Shown in pieces: positions 1 to 9,830 of a stretch of DNA of 64,000 bases. The stretch is from assembly GCA_944389655.1 (NCBI GenBank), contig CALXND010000001.1:954-64953 (forward strand), in the 5' to 3' direction. Below the pieces are notes generated by a model, which was not told where the DNA came from, made no database searches, and saw nothing but the letters and a program-made list of their open reading frames with translations. Both the position numbers and the translations under genes were made by a program. This stretch comes from an uncultured Clostridia bacterium (GTDB lineage: Bacteria; Bacillota; Clostridia; TANB77; CAG-508). Position 1 is the stretch's first letter; every line of letters begins with the position of its first letter.

Positions 1-96
1 TGCATTTTTCGTCATATTGCCTTCTCCTCTCTTAATATAAGAATATTATAATGTTATGTTAATTATAGCATTTGATGTGACAAAAAGTCAAATTAA

Positions 97-2052
97 TTAT
101 AAGTTCCCCTCAAGTTCTTTTATTTTATCTCTTAATTCTGCTGCCTTTTCAAATTCCATATTTGCTGCATATTTAAGCATTTCATCAGTTAATTTGTTTA
201 TTACATCTTCAATAGTTTCATCTTTACCAATATTGTATTTAGTTTCCGCTTCTTCTATAATACTTGCCTTAATAGAATCTCTAACAGATTTCTGAATAGT
301 TTTTGGTGTAATTCCATGTGCTTCATTATATTCCTGCTGAATTCGTCTTCTTCTATTCGTCTCAGAAATTGCTTTTTCCATAGATTCTGTCAGTTCATCT
401 GCATACATTATAACTTTTCCATCAGTATTTCTTGCTGCACGTCCAATTGTTTGTATTAATGAACGTTCTGAACGAAGAAATCCTTCCTTATCAGCATCCA
501 AAATTGCAACCAAAGAAACTTCTGGAATATCCAGACCTTCTCTTAAAAGATTAATTCCAACCAGCACGTCAAATTCTCCTAGCCTTAAAGAACGAATTAT
601 TTCCATTCTTTCCAAAGCTTTAATATCTGAATGCATATATCTTACCTTTATATCAATTCCAGCTAAGTAGGCAGTTAAATCTTCTGCCATTTTTTTAGTT
701 AGAGTAGTAACTAAAACTCTTTCGTTCTTTTCTACTCTTTGTCTTATTTGTTCTATTAAATCATCTATTTGATTTTCAACAGGTTTAACATCTATTTTAG
801 GATCTAGTAATCCTGTAGGTCTTATAATTTGTTCTACAACATTTTCTTTTGAGTGTTCCTTCTCATAATCTGCTGGTGTTGCACTTACAAAAATAACTTG
901 ATTAATTCTTTCCTCAAACTCATTAAATTTTAGCGGTCTATTATCAAAAGCAGACGGCAACCTAAATCCATATTTTACCAAAGATTCTTTTCTTGCTCTA
1001 TCTCCATTATACATTGCTCTTACCTGTGGAATAGTAGCATGTGATTCATCTATTAATAGTAGAAAGTCTTTTGGGAAATAATCAAAAAGAGTAAATGGCG
1101 CACTTCCTGGCTCTCTACCACTAATATGTCTAGAATAGTTTTCTATTCCTTGGCAAAAACCTGTTTCCTTCATCATTTCTATATCAAAGTTTGTCCTCTC
1201 CTCTATTCTTTGTGCTTCAATTAATTTTCCGTTATCTTTAAAATATTTTATTCGTTCTTGCAACTCTTCTTCTATAGTGTGTATTGCTCTTTCCATTTTA
1301 TCTTGAGTTGTAACATAATGAGAATTTGGGAATATCATAACATGATTTCTTGTAGCAATTACTTTGCCTGTCAATGGATTTATTTCAGAAATTTTTTCTA
1401 TCTCATCTCCCCAGAATTCTACTCTTATTGCACTTTCACTCTCATCAGATGGATATATTTCCAAAATATCTCCCTTTGCTCTAAAAGTACCTCTTTTGAA
1501 GTCTAGCTCATTTCTGCTATACTGCATTGTAACTAGCTTTTTCATTATTTCGTTTCTTTCTTTTTGCATACCAGGTCTTAATGAAACAATCATGTGTTCG
1601 TAATCAATTGGATCACCTAGTCCATATATGCATGACACAGATGCAACAATTATTACATCTTTTGTCTCAAACAAAGCAGCTGTAGCAGAGTGACGTAATT
1701 TATCTATTTCGTCATTAATAGAAGCATCTTTTTCTATGTATGTGTCCGATGATGCTATATATGCTTCTGGCTGATAATAATCGTAGTATGACACAAAATA
1801 CTCAACATTGTTTTCTGGGAAAAACTCTTTGAATTCACTATATAATTGCCCTGCTAATGTCTTATTATGGGCTAAAACAAGTGTTGGTTTTTGTACTTTT
1901 TGTATTATATTTGCCATCGTAAATGTTTTTCCAGAACCTGTAACACCAAGTAATGTCTGATATTTCTTACCTTCCATAACTCCTTTTGATAAATATTCAA
2001 TTGCCTGTGGCTGGTCGCCTGTTGGTTTATATTCTGAATGTAATTTAAACAT
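97..2052 (-). CDS. uvrB: Excinuclease ABC subunit B (UvrB), full length, 651 aa
   Basis: Translation begins [21 protein letters not shown], has the P-loop GVTGSGKT and helicase-like motifs, and is of UvrB length. Stop codon is TAA. Confidence 0.95.
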   Translation of the reverse strand: MFKLHSEYKPTGDQPQAIEYLSKGVMEGKKYQTLLGVTGSGKTFTMANIIQKVQKPTLVLAHNKTLAGQLYSEFKEFFPENNVEYFVSYYDYYQPEAYIASSDTYIEKDASINDEIDKLRHSATAALFETKDVIIVASVSCIYGLGDPIDYEHMIVSLRPGMQKERNEIMKKLVTMQYSRNELDFKRGTFRAKGDILEIYPSDESESAIRVEFWGDEIEKISEINPLTGKVIATRNHVMIFPNSHYVTTQDKMERAIHTIEEELQERIKYFKDNGKLIEAQRIEERTNFDIEMMKETGFCQGIENYSRHISGREPGSAPFTLFDYFPKDFLLLIDESHATIPQVRAMYNGDRARKESLVKYGFRLPSAFDNRPLKFNEFEERINQVIFVSATPADYEKEHSKENVVEQIIRPTGLLDPKIDVKPVENQIDDLIEQIRQRVEKNERVLVTTLTKKMAEDLTAYLAGIDIKVRYMHSDIKALERMEIIRSLRLGEFDVLVGINLLREGLDIPEVSLVAILDADKEGFLRSERSLIQTIGRAARNTDGKVIMYADELTESMEKAISETNRRRRIQQEYNEAHGITPKTIQKSVRDSIKASIIEEAETKYNIGKDETIEDVINKLTDEMLKYAANMEFEKAAELRDKIKELEGNL

Positions 2053-2410
2053 TTCTACCTATACTCCTTAAATTATAATCTCTATTAACCTAAAATTAGT
2101 GTAATTGCTTTAAAAACTTATCATTTTTTCGTGTAATTTATATGCAAAACCTCCGATTTTTTCATGATTTTTAGTAGCTTTTAGTAACATAATATACCTT
2201 TACGCGAATTGGGTCACAAACTTTATTTTTTTAAACTATTTAACACTAAATAAAATTATTTAATATTAAATAATTTAAACATATTATTTATATCATATTT
2301 TGGGTAAAAATACAATAAATTCCACATCTTATTACCATAAGATATATTAAATTTTTTCTAAAGCAAAAAAGAATGATAATCAATATTATATCATTCTTCT
2401 TGTATTTTCT

Positions 2411-2446
2411 GTAATTTCTTGGTCGTTTTTTCGACCAAGAAATTAC
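2411..2446. terminator. Perfect 15-bp stem hairpin (gtaatttcttggtcg / loop tttttt / cgaccaagaaattac) downstream of the minus-strand HAD-fusion gene pair
   Basis: Perfect palindrome read from the sequence. Its position fits a bidirectional terminator after the minus-strand operon ending near 2700. Confidence 0.6.
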
Positions 2447-2699
2447 TTTAATATTTTCCAATTTCCCTTTTTAGTAGATCCCTCTCTTGTTATTATATTA
2501 TTTTCTTTCAAAACCGCTATATGATATTTTACTTTTTCATTTATTACTTGGCTATTATTAATATCTAATTTTGTGCTGTCTAAAATAAAATCTACTTTAT
2601 GCTTTTCTAATATATTTAATAAATTTTCTCCAGTTTCTAAATTGTCTCTTTGTAATAAAGTTTTCTACCATTTTTCAATTAATTCCGTGCTCTTTTCTA

Positions 2700-3335
2700 A
2701 ATAAAATTATTAATAATATTTAATAGCTCATCAAAATTCTTGCACGATTTACAATTTTTAAAACTATTATGCATGCTAATAAATTCAAAATTACAATTTT
2801 TAGCAAATTCATAATCAGTATATGAATCTCCAATAACAATTGAATCATTTGATATTTCATCATTTATATCTTTTTCTATTATATCAACAACTTTAGAATT
2901 GGGTTTCTTTATATCATTTAGTGAATAATCCCTATAAAATATATATTCAAACTTTTCTGTTAGGTTATATTCTTTTAATATAAACTCTATCTACTTAGGA
3001 CTTGAATTAGAAATCATAATTAAAGGTATCTTACAATTTTCAATAAAAGAAATGGCATCATCTTCTATTACAATTTGTTTATTTTTATATTTTTTGTAAT
3101 ATTCTATAAATTCTACTTCACTAAAATTCTCGTACCATTTCTCATACTCTTTTTCATTAATTCCTAAAAGTTTTAATCTTGTATTTCTACTTTTAAAATC
3201 ATTATTATTATAAATTTCATCTGGATTAGCTACATTATTATACTCTAGCCATTTTAACATAACAGATTTTAATCTATTATCATACTTGTGAATAGTGATG
3301 GTATCTTCTAAATCTATTAAAATATACTTACTCAA
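2700..3335 (-). pseudogene. HAD-superfamily hydrolase (phosphatase-like) interrupted by an in-frame TAG at 2991-2993
   Basis: The 2991..3335 ORF (MSKYILIDLEDTI, HAD motif I D-x-D-x-T, then ISNSS) continues in the same frame after the amber codon as IEFILKEYNLTEKFEYIF...SIVIGDSYTD (HAD motif IV) ending DELLNIINNFI*, by manual translation. There is no Met near the downstream part, so it is not a separate gene. Confidence 0.55.
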
Positions 3336-5532
3336 AATATCCCTCTTGAAGCTTTCTACCTATAGTACATCCCACATTATGTTTTTTTAATTTTTCCATT
3401 TCTTCTTTTGTACTAATACCACCAACACAATTAAATATTTTCTTAGTTAATTTTGAGTATTTTATAGCATTATCCAGATCTCCACCTGAAGCCTTACCAT
3501 CATGTTCTACTGAAACATAGTTAAATTCAGAACAATAGGGTTCAAATAGTTTTATTTTCTCTGGAATATTAACAACAGTATTTGTTCTTCTATCAATACT
3601 ATCTAATCCTACAATGATTTTTTCAGGTTCAAAATCTTTAAGCAACTCTGGAGTTGCATGAGTACCTATAATTACTTTTTCAGCCCCCATATCTAATAGC
3701 TTTTGTATTTCTTCTTTTTTTCTAATACCTCCACCAACACGAACCTTTTTTATTTTCATAATCTCTCTAATAATTTCTAAACTTTGACTCTCTCCATAAA
3801 ATCTATCTAAATCAATTATATTTACTTTTGGATAATCTCTAATAATACTTATCGCCTTTTGTATTGGATATTTTTCTAAATATCTAATTTTTTTATTCAT
3901 TATATCCATGCTTAAAACAAAATTAGAATCATACTTTACTAATGAATCAAATGAAATATTATTCATTTCACAAATACTTTTTCCTCTATTATAAAGTAAT
4001 TCTATATCATCTAAAAATTGATTTTGAAATCCATAACTTCTGAGTTTTTTAATATAATCTTTATGATTATTACAAAGTGTACATACTAAATCATCAGTTG
4101 TAGTATGATGGCGAGTAGATACATAAGTTTTATAATCTATATTCTCTAAAATCGAAAAATCTTTATTTTTATCCATATATTCATAGCTGATTTCTAGTGT
4201 TCCTGTTTTAACGTTTATATTTTTTTTAGTAAATATTTCTTTTAATATAATTAACGTTTGACCTGTACCTATATTACCGTCAAATATTTCAATATTGCTT
4301 GGAAAGCTATTATTTATGCTAATATTATTAAGAGTTATTTTTCCTTCATCATATAATTGTTTCATATTTTGATCATGTACACCAAATTTTACATATGAAT
4401 AATCTGTACCATGCAAAATTTTAAAAAATGGGCCAATTAAAATCGCAGAATATAAAGGACAAACAATATGATTAGCATCATGAATATTAGATATTGTCTT
4501 ATAAAGTAACATTTTATGGTCACCCTCAATTAATCTATTCTCAACATAAACATCATTATCAGTTTTTTGTAATGAAAAACGTGGAGTATCAATTACTTTA
4601 TTTCTTAAACACTCTATGATATTTTTAACATCTTCTTCCATACATTTTTGAGAAACATCAATATTATTAATTTCTCTATTTAATGCTCTTTTATAATCTT
4701 CATAAAAAATTCGGTAACTAGCATTTAACATATATTCACAAACGATAAATGCCTTTTTAATTTCTAATGGAAATAATTTTTTCAAATTTTCTCTAAAATC
4801 AACTAATTCATTATAAGTTTTTTTTGCATAATATTCATTTGATCTACTTACAAATAAACCATCATTAATTTTACTAACTAAATTTTCTATATTTTCTGAA
4901 TTATTTAATTTAATTAATCCTAGATAATCAAAATCATTTTCTTTTAATAAATCATCATTTTCTTCAATAATTTTCTTAGATTTCGTATTAATACTCTTAA
5001 ACTTATCAGTAGTAGCCCATGCTAGATGACTTAAACAATGCTTAACTTTTTCTTTTCTTAACAACTCCTTGTCTGGATTAACTCCTAATATGTTATAAAA
5101 TAATTCTATTTTTTCTTTTGTATCTAACACATGAATTTCCAAAGCACTATAATCAACTTCTGGAATATCATATCTTGAACAACAAAAGTCTATAAAATAA
5201 ATTTCATCATTATAATATAAAATATTTTCTTTATGAAGATCTCCATGTACGAATACTTTCCCATCTCTAATATGACTATGAATTTTTTTTATGGCATTGG
5301 CTAATTTTTCAACAATTTCATCAGTAATCTCTATTTCATTTAAAGTTTTCCCCTTGATTTTTTCTATTATAATTGTGTTTGTATTATCATCACACTCAAT
5401 AAATTTGGGAATATTTTCTTTTAAAAGGCTATATGCATATTTTTCATTTTCATACATACCGTTGCTTTCTTTAACAATTTTAATTATATTATTATTATCT
5501 TCATCAATGTAATTAATTCTTCTTATCCCCAT
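3328..5532 (-). CDS. Multidomain protein: N-terminal small kinase-like domain (HGDLHKENIL...YFIDF), central PRTase-like domain (IEIFDGNIGTGQTLIIL), C-terminal HisA/HisF-like (beta-alpha)8 barrel (VRVGGGIRKKEEIQKLLDMGAEKVIIGT and CVGGISTKEEMEKLKKHNVGCTIG)
   Basis: Motifs read directly from the translation. The start is placed at MGIRRINY because GGAGGT lies 5 nt upstream; the longer track ORF starts at MALCAKRSDGMEV. Overlaps the HAD gene by 8 nt, so they are probably co-transcribed. Confidence 0.65.
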   Translation of the reverse strand: MGIRRINYIDEDNNNIIKIVKESNGMYENEKYAYSLLKENIPKFIECDDNTNTIIIEKIKGKTLNEIEITDEIVEKLANAIKKIHSHIRDGKVFVHGDLHKENILYYNDEIYFIDFCCSRYDIPEVDYSALEIHVLDTKEKIELFYNILGVNPDKELLRKEKVKHCLSHLAWATTDKFKSINTKSKKIIEENDDLLKENDFDYLGLIKLNNSENIENLVSKINDGLFVSRSNEYYAKKTYNELVDFRENLKKLFPLEIKKAFIVCEYMLNASYRIFYEDYKRALNREINNIDVSQKCMEEDVKNIIECLRNKVIDTPRFSLQKTDNDVYVENRLIEGDHKMLLYKTISNIHDANHIVCPLYSAILIGPFFKILHGTDYSYVKFGVHDQNMKQLYDEGKITLNNISINNSFPSNIEIFDGNIGTGQTLIILKEIFTKKNINVKTGTLEISYEYMDKNKDFSILENIDYKTYVSTRHHTTTDDLVCTLCNNHKDYIKKLRSYGFQNQFLDDIELLYNRGKSICEMNNISFDSLVKYDSNFVLSMDIMNKKIRYLEKYPIQKAISIIRDYPKVNIIDLDRFYGESQSLEIIREIMKIKKVRVGGGIRKKEEIQKLLDMGAEKVIIGTHATPELLKDFEPEKIIVGLDSIDRRTNTVVNIPEKIKLFEPYCSEFNYVSVEHDGKASGGDLDNAIKYSKLTKKIFNCVGGISTKEEMEKLKKHNVGCTIGRKLQEGYFE

Positions 5533-5649
5533 AATAACCTCCATTCCGTCGCTACGCTTGGCACAAAGTGCCATGAAAAATCTTTATTTTCTGGGTTAAC
5601 GACTATTTTTATTTATTAAGTTTCCATAACATGATATAATATCTCCCAG

Positions 5650-7190
5650 AATATATAAATTAACTACAGAGCACGGGGAGGTGAGTAGAATATTATCTCA
5701 ACCTCATTTGGGTAAAAATCCGCATAATAACAGGTGTCGAATATCTTTTCAAGTACAAATAAGTGGCGCTTCTAAGCCTGCACACTAATCATTGTTAAAC
5801 AAATTCTCTGTTTAGTGCTAGATATTCAGTCAATGTTTATATATTCTAAAATTCATTTTTAGGAAGTATATACCAATGTTAAAAATTGTATATCCTATTT
5901 GTTGTGGCGTCGATGTCCACAAGAGGTTTATTGTTGCAACCATTGCATTTACCAATGATAAAAATATCACTTCTTATATTACAAAAAGATTTGATACTTA
6001 CAACGAAGACCTTGAAATATTTAAAGATTGGCTTCTTGAACACAACTGTAAAGATGTTTGCATGGAATCTACCGGCAAGTACTATATTCCTATTTACAAC
6101 GTTTTAGAAGATTATGTTCATGTTATCGTAGCTAATCCTAAATATGTCAAGGCCATTCGTGGTAAAAAAACTGATAAGAAAGACTCTGTTTGGATTGCTG
6201 ACTTATTCAAGCATGACTTAGTTCCTGGAAGTTATATTCCACCTAAGCCTATCAGAAAATTACGTGAATTGTTTCGTTATCGTTTTAAATTAGTGAACAA
6301 CCGTACTTCTGAAAGAAACCGTTTACAAAATTGTTTAACTGTTTCAAATATCCAATTAGCTTCTGTTCTTACCGACATGGCAGGTAAATCTGCTCAAGCT
6401 ATTATTAATTATATCACAACTTGTGACACTTTTGATATAGATTATTGCAAATCTTTATTAAAAGGTTCTGCTAAATCAAAAGCTGATGATGTAATAAAAG
6501 CCATTGTTGGATATTCTATTAGTGATGAACAATCTACTAAAATTGATGTATGCACAAAACATCAGAAGAATTTGGATGAACATATTCAAGATGTTCAAGA
6601 TAAAATTTATGAGTTAGCAAAACCTTATCAAAAACAAATTGATCACATTTGTACTTGCCCTGGTTTCAGTAAAGACTCAGCTATTTATACTATAGATGAA
6701 ATTGGTGTTTATATGACAGCTTTTAAATCAGCTAAACATCTTTGCTCTTGGGCTGGTCTTACACCTCAAAATAATGAAAGTGCTGGTAAGAAAAAGTCTG
6801 TACATATCAGTAGAGCAGGTGTTTATCTTAAACCACTTCTCATAGAATGTGTAAACAATGCCATTAAGAAAAAGGATAATCCATATTTTAAAAATAAATA
6901 TGATAGAATTAAAAAACATCGAGGTCACAAAAGAGCTATTGTTGCTATATCAAGAATGATGCTTACTTGTGTCTATCACATGCTTTTAAAAGATGAAGAT
7001 TTCAATCCTTGTGATTTAGATTACACCGAAATACCAGAAGAAGTTTTTGAAAATCGCAAACAAAAATACATCGACAGTGCAATTTTCTTACTTCAAAAAC
7101 AAGGCTTTACAATTACCAAAGATGATGTTATTTATGCAACTAAATAAACCTATTTATTAAATTAATTTAATATTTTTTTACACAGTAGTA
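5650..7190 (+). mobile_element. IS110-family insertion sequence (boundaries approximate)
   Basis: Carries an IS110-type transposase gene preceded by ~250 bp of leader with GC-rich structured segments typical of this family. IS110 elements lack clear terminal inverted repeats, so the ends cannot be fixed by eye. Confidence 0.5.
5876..7147 (+). CDS. IS110-family transposase (DEDD-type), 423 aa
   Basis: N-terminus MLKIVYPICCGVDVHKRFIVATI and the C-terminal region with AGLTPQNNESAGKKKS...HRGHKRAIVAISRMML are characteristic of IS110/IS1111-family transposases. Confidence 0.9.
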   Translation: MLKIVYPICCGVDVHKRFIVATIAFTNDKNITSYITKRFDTYNEDLEIFKDWLLEHNCKDVCMESTGKYYIPIYNVLEDYVHVIVANPKYVKAIRGKKTDKKDSVWIADLFKHDLVPGSYIPPKPIRKLRELFRYRFKLVNNRTSERNRLQNCLTVSNIQLASVLTDMAGKSAQAIINYITTCDTFDIDYCKSLLKGSAKSKADDVIKAIVGYSISDEQSTKIDVCTKHQKNLDEHIQDVQDKIYELAKPYQKQIDHICTCPGFSKDSAIYTIDEIGVYMTAFKSAKHLCSWAGLTPQNNESAGKKKSVHISRAGVYLKPLLIECVNNAIKKKDNPYFKNKYDRIKKHRGHKRAIVAISRMMLTCVYHMLLKDEDFNPCDLDYTEIPEEVFENRKQKYIDSAIFLLQKQGFTITKDDVIYATK

Positions 7191-7717
7191 AATTTTTAAA
7201 ATTTTAACCGCTACTGTTATTAATCATGCTCTTTTTTAATTTTTCTTTTTTCACACTAACCTCCTCTTTTTTAAAATTAATCATAATATTCACTTGTTTC
7301 ATTTGTAAAATCATTTACTACAAATAATACTAGATTGATTTTTTGTATTACGTTTCATCTGTTAGTGTTAATAATAATTTTAGAAAAACAATTGCTAGTT
7401 TTTTTAGAACCATATATTACAACGAATTTTTGCTCAGATGGAGAAGCAGCAATATTAATGGAAAACTTAGTGCTGTGCGTTTCTTGATTGTTTATTATTT
7501 CAGTATTTCTTTTTCAGTAAGCAATCTAGGTGATTTTATAATTTTGTATTCCGCTTTATTATCCTCAAGTGGATTTACACAAATTTGGTCACAAACTTTT
7601 TTGTTCATTTAGGTTTATTTAGTTTTTTTAGGGTTATTTCGTCATTTTTTCTCAAACTAATTAAAACTAAAAGAGTCTAAAAGTGCCTATTTAAAGCCAT
7701 TCTTGAGAGTGGTCATA

Positions 7718-7984
7718 CTAACTAACAAAATACTCCACGTTGTTCTCTGGGAAGAATTCTTTGAACTCTGAATAGAGTTGTCCAGCTAGTGTTTTATTGT
7801 GTGCAAGCACCAATGTTGGCTTCTGTACTTGCTGTATTATGTTAGCCATTGTAAAGGTCTTTCCAGAGCCTGTAACACCTAGAAGTGTCTGGTACTTCTT
7901 TCCTTCTTTTATTCCATTTGATAAATATTCTATCGCTTTAGGTTGGTCTCCTGTTGGCTTATAATCTGAATGTAATTTAAACAT
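7718..7984 (-). pseudogene. uvrB: Truncated 5' fragment (88 codons) of a second, diverged uvrB copy
   Basis: [88 protein letters not shown] is colinear with UvrB residues 1-88 of the 97..2052 gene. DNA identity is about 80%, with a 19-bp identical block across the start codon. The sequence beyond 7718 is unrelated to uvrB. Confidence 0.85.
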
Positions 7985-8030
7985 ATCAACTATCCTTTCA
8001 TAAAACTAAATCTTATTTTATCACTTTTAT

Positions 8031-8065
8031 ATAAAAAGTACAAGGCTAATTTAAAACCTTGTACT
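8031..8065 (-). terminator. Rho-independent terminator of the SASP gene (stem agtacaagg/ccttgtact followed by a T-run on the minus strand)
   Basis: A 9-bp stem with an 11-nt loop sits immediately downstream of the SASP stop, followed by TTTTTAT on the minus strand. Confidence 0.6.
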
Positions 8066-8072
8066 TGCATTA

Positions 8073-8249
8073 CTAGCTATTTTCGGTGCTTCTATTTGCT
8101 ATTTCTATAGCTTTTGTAACTATATTACCACATGTTTTTGATGGTACATTTCCCCATCCTCCGTCTTGTTTTACTTGATCAAAAACACCTAGTTCCTTAG
8201 CAATTTCCTCTCTCAATTTATCAGAAATAATAGTTTTATGATTAGACAT
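8073..8249 (-). CDS. Alpha/beta-type small acid-soluble spore protein (SASP), 58 aa
   Basis: MSNHKTIISDKLREEIAKELGVFDQVKQDGGWGNVPSKTCGNIVTKAIEIA matches the two conserved SASP blocks (EIA.ElGV... and G.vGGeiTKrlv-like). Start is set at MSN with AGGGAGGT 6 nt upstream; the track ORF is longer. Confidence 0.85.
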   Translation of the reverse strand: MSNHKTIISDKLREEIAKELGVFDQVKQDGGWGNVPSKTCGNIVTKAIEIANRSTENS

Positions 8250-8562
8250 AACTGTTACCTCCCTAAAATCAATCTTTAAGATTATACAATTTTTCAATTC
8301 TTATTTATGAGTAATAATTTTAAATAAAGTTAATTATTCTTAAATTTACAAATTAAAACTTCTATTTTTTTGATTTATCCACACATAAATTCTATAAAAA
8401 TGAAAAATCGCTTTTAATCGGATATTCTAATTAAAATTATTTTGTGTACAATAATTTATAATATTTATTATAATATCCGTCATTATTATTTTAACCTTTT
8501 ATAGAAAAAATATTTTTTTATTTTATAGAAAATTTAACAATTTTTTCCACGCAAAAATTTTA

Positions 8563-8583
8563 GACGCCTCTAGGTGAGGCTTC
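8563..8583 (-). terminator. Putative terminator hairpin (gacgcctc-taggt-gaggcttc) after the 8637..9002 gene
   Basis: An imperfect GC hairpin followed by a T-rich tract on the minus strand. Confidence 0.4.
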
Positions 8584-8636
8584 TATTTTTCTTGCAAGAT
8601 ACTTCTTGCAGTTTACTTATTTTCTGATGTCACTCC

Positions 8637-9002
8637 TCATTCTTCTCCTTTTGTTAATAATTCATGTTTTGGTACATAAATAATTGCAATTAGTGTATTG
8701 CTATTATGCTTAACGGTTTGGATGTATTTTTCCTTTGCATGCATTATTGAGATTTTAACACAGTTGCAATCTCTTGATTTAGATTCGTCAGCTATTACTT
8801 CAAGATACTCTATTTCTTGATTTTCTAATAACGTTTTAACATCCTGCTTTGAAGGTAAATATACTTGAAAAGCTTCCCAATCAATATCTTCGCAGCATAT
8901 TGATTTCATGCACTCATCGATTAATATCTCCAAATTATTCCGTTCTTCTTTTTCCAGCTCCTCTAAGATTTCTTCAATCCTAATAGTCTTGCTTTCCTTC
9001 AT
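8637..9002 (-). CDS. Hypothetical Cys-containing protein, 121 aa
   Basis: Uninterrupted ORF in the dominant orientation. No motif recognised. Confidence 0.45.
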   Translation of the reverse strand: MKESKTIRIEEILEELEKEERNNLEILIDECMKSICCEDIDWEAFQVYLPSKQDVKTLLENQEIEYLEVIADESKSRDCNCVKISIMHAKEKYIQTVKHNSNTLIAIIYVPKHELLTKGEE

Positions 9003-9122
9003 AGTGTTTTCCTCCTTAGAAAATAAGTTTTATAAAATATACAACTTAGTATATAATTAATTTTATCATTTTAAATGAGTTATGTCAATCTTGTGCAACT
9101 TTCTATTTATTCATTATATAAT

Positions 9123-9680
9123 TTACCCTATCTTTTCAATATCAATCCTTGCATTTTCATATTCTACATCTTCAAGAGATAAACCTCCAAGTTGTAATAC
9201 ATCGCCTGCATTTAGTCTTAATATAACAGTAGCAGTTAAAGTATATCTATTATTTACTATTTCCTCCGAAAGAACTGCTCCTTCATTTAAAGTATCTGTT
9301 TGAGGAACATTATTAACCAATAATATTGCATTAAAATTAAATCTTCCATCCACTGCTTGGTCTACCCCTGTAAGACTATAAGAAATTTGATAAATTCCAT
9401 CTTCATTTATATTAATTTGACTTGTTCCAGGAGTATGAGTTAGTGCTGTTCCTTCTTCTATTTGATTTTCACTAAAATTTATAATAACATTGCCTTCTGA
9501 TGTATTGTCACCAGGCCTTGCAACTGCCACTAAAATATCTTTTTGCACATTTGGATTATTCATACTAATAAATATTATAATCGCAATTACCAAAAATATA
9601 AGAGTAAAAATTGAAATAACCTTTACCATATTACAAATATTGCACTTATTGTACTTATCACACTTCATATCACACTTCAT
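9123..9680 (-). CDS. Membrane-anchored protein with Cys-rich N-terminus (MKCDMKCDKYNKCNICN), one TM helix and a C1q/TNF-like, BclA C-terminal-domain-like, beta-sandwich domain
   Basis: The C-terminal segment (IYQISYSLTG...FNFNAILLVNNVPQ...TLTATVILRLNAGDVLQL) resembles the globular C-terminal domain of exosporium BclA-type proteins, but there are no collagen-like GXX repeats. The hydrophobic stretch VISIFTLIFLVIAIIIFI is the anchor. Confidence 0.5.
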   Translation of the reverse strand: MKCDMKCDKYNKCNICNMVKVISIFTLIFLVIAIIIFISMNNPNVQKDILVAVARPGDNTSEGNVIINFSENQIEEGTALTHTPGTSQININEDGIYQISYSLTGVDQAVDGRFNFNAILLVNNVPQTDTLNEGAVLSEEIVNNRYTLTATVILRLNAGDVLQLGGLSLEDVEYENARIDIEKIG

Positions 9681-9725
9681 AAAAAACCTCCTCTTTACAT
9701 ATTTTATGAGGTTTTTAAATAAAAA

Positions 9726-9829
9726 GTGAGCAAAAGGGGTCAGACCCTAATTGCGCAAAAAAGCTTGTATCTCTTGCTATTACTGTATTATAGCATTTGC
9801 GCAATTAGGGTCTGACCCCTTTTGCTCAC
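9726..9829. repeat. Extended copy of the GC-rich palindrome family: two 34-bp perfect inverted arms (gtgagcaaaaggggtcagaccctaattgcgcaaa / tttgcgcaattagggtctgaccccttttgctcac) flanking a 36-bp spacer
   Basis: Read directly from the sequence. Each arm is itself related to the TTGCGCAAATGGGGTCAGACCCCATTTGCGCAA unit found elsewhere in the window. Confidence 0.85.
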
Positions 9830-9830
9830 T

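Noticed and set aside
1258-1603. Plus-strand track ORFs overlapping uvrB (and similar antisense ORFs inside copA, polC, ppdK, ABC genes and elsewhere)
   Set aside because: They lie entirely antisense within well-supported long genes, have low-complexity hydrophobic translations typical of AT-rich antisense frames, and lack RBS.
2053-2400. LexA (Cheo-box GAAC-N4-GTTC) operator upstream of uvrB
   Set aside because: No GAAC-N4-GTTC motif was found by eye in the uvrB leader. An SOS box cannot be supported from this sequence.
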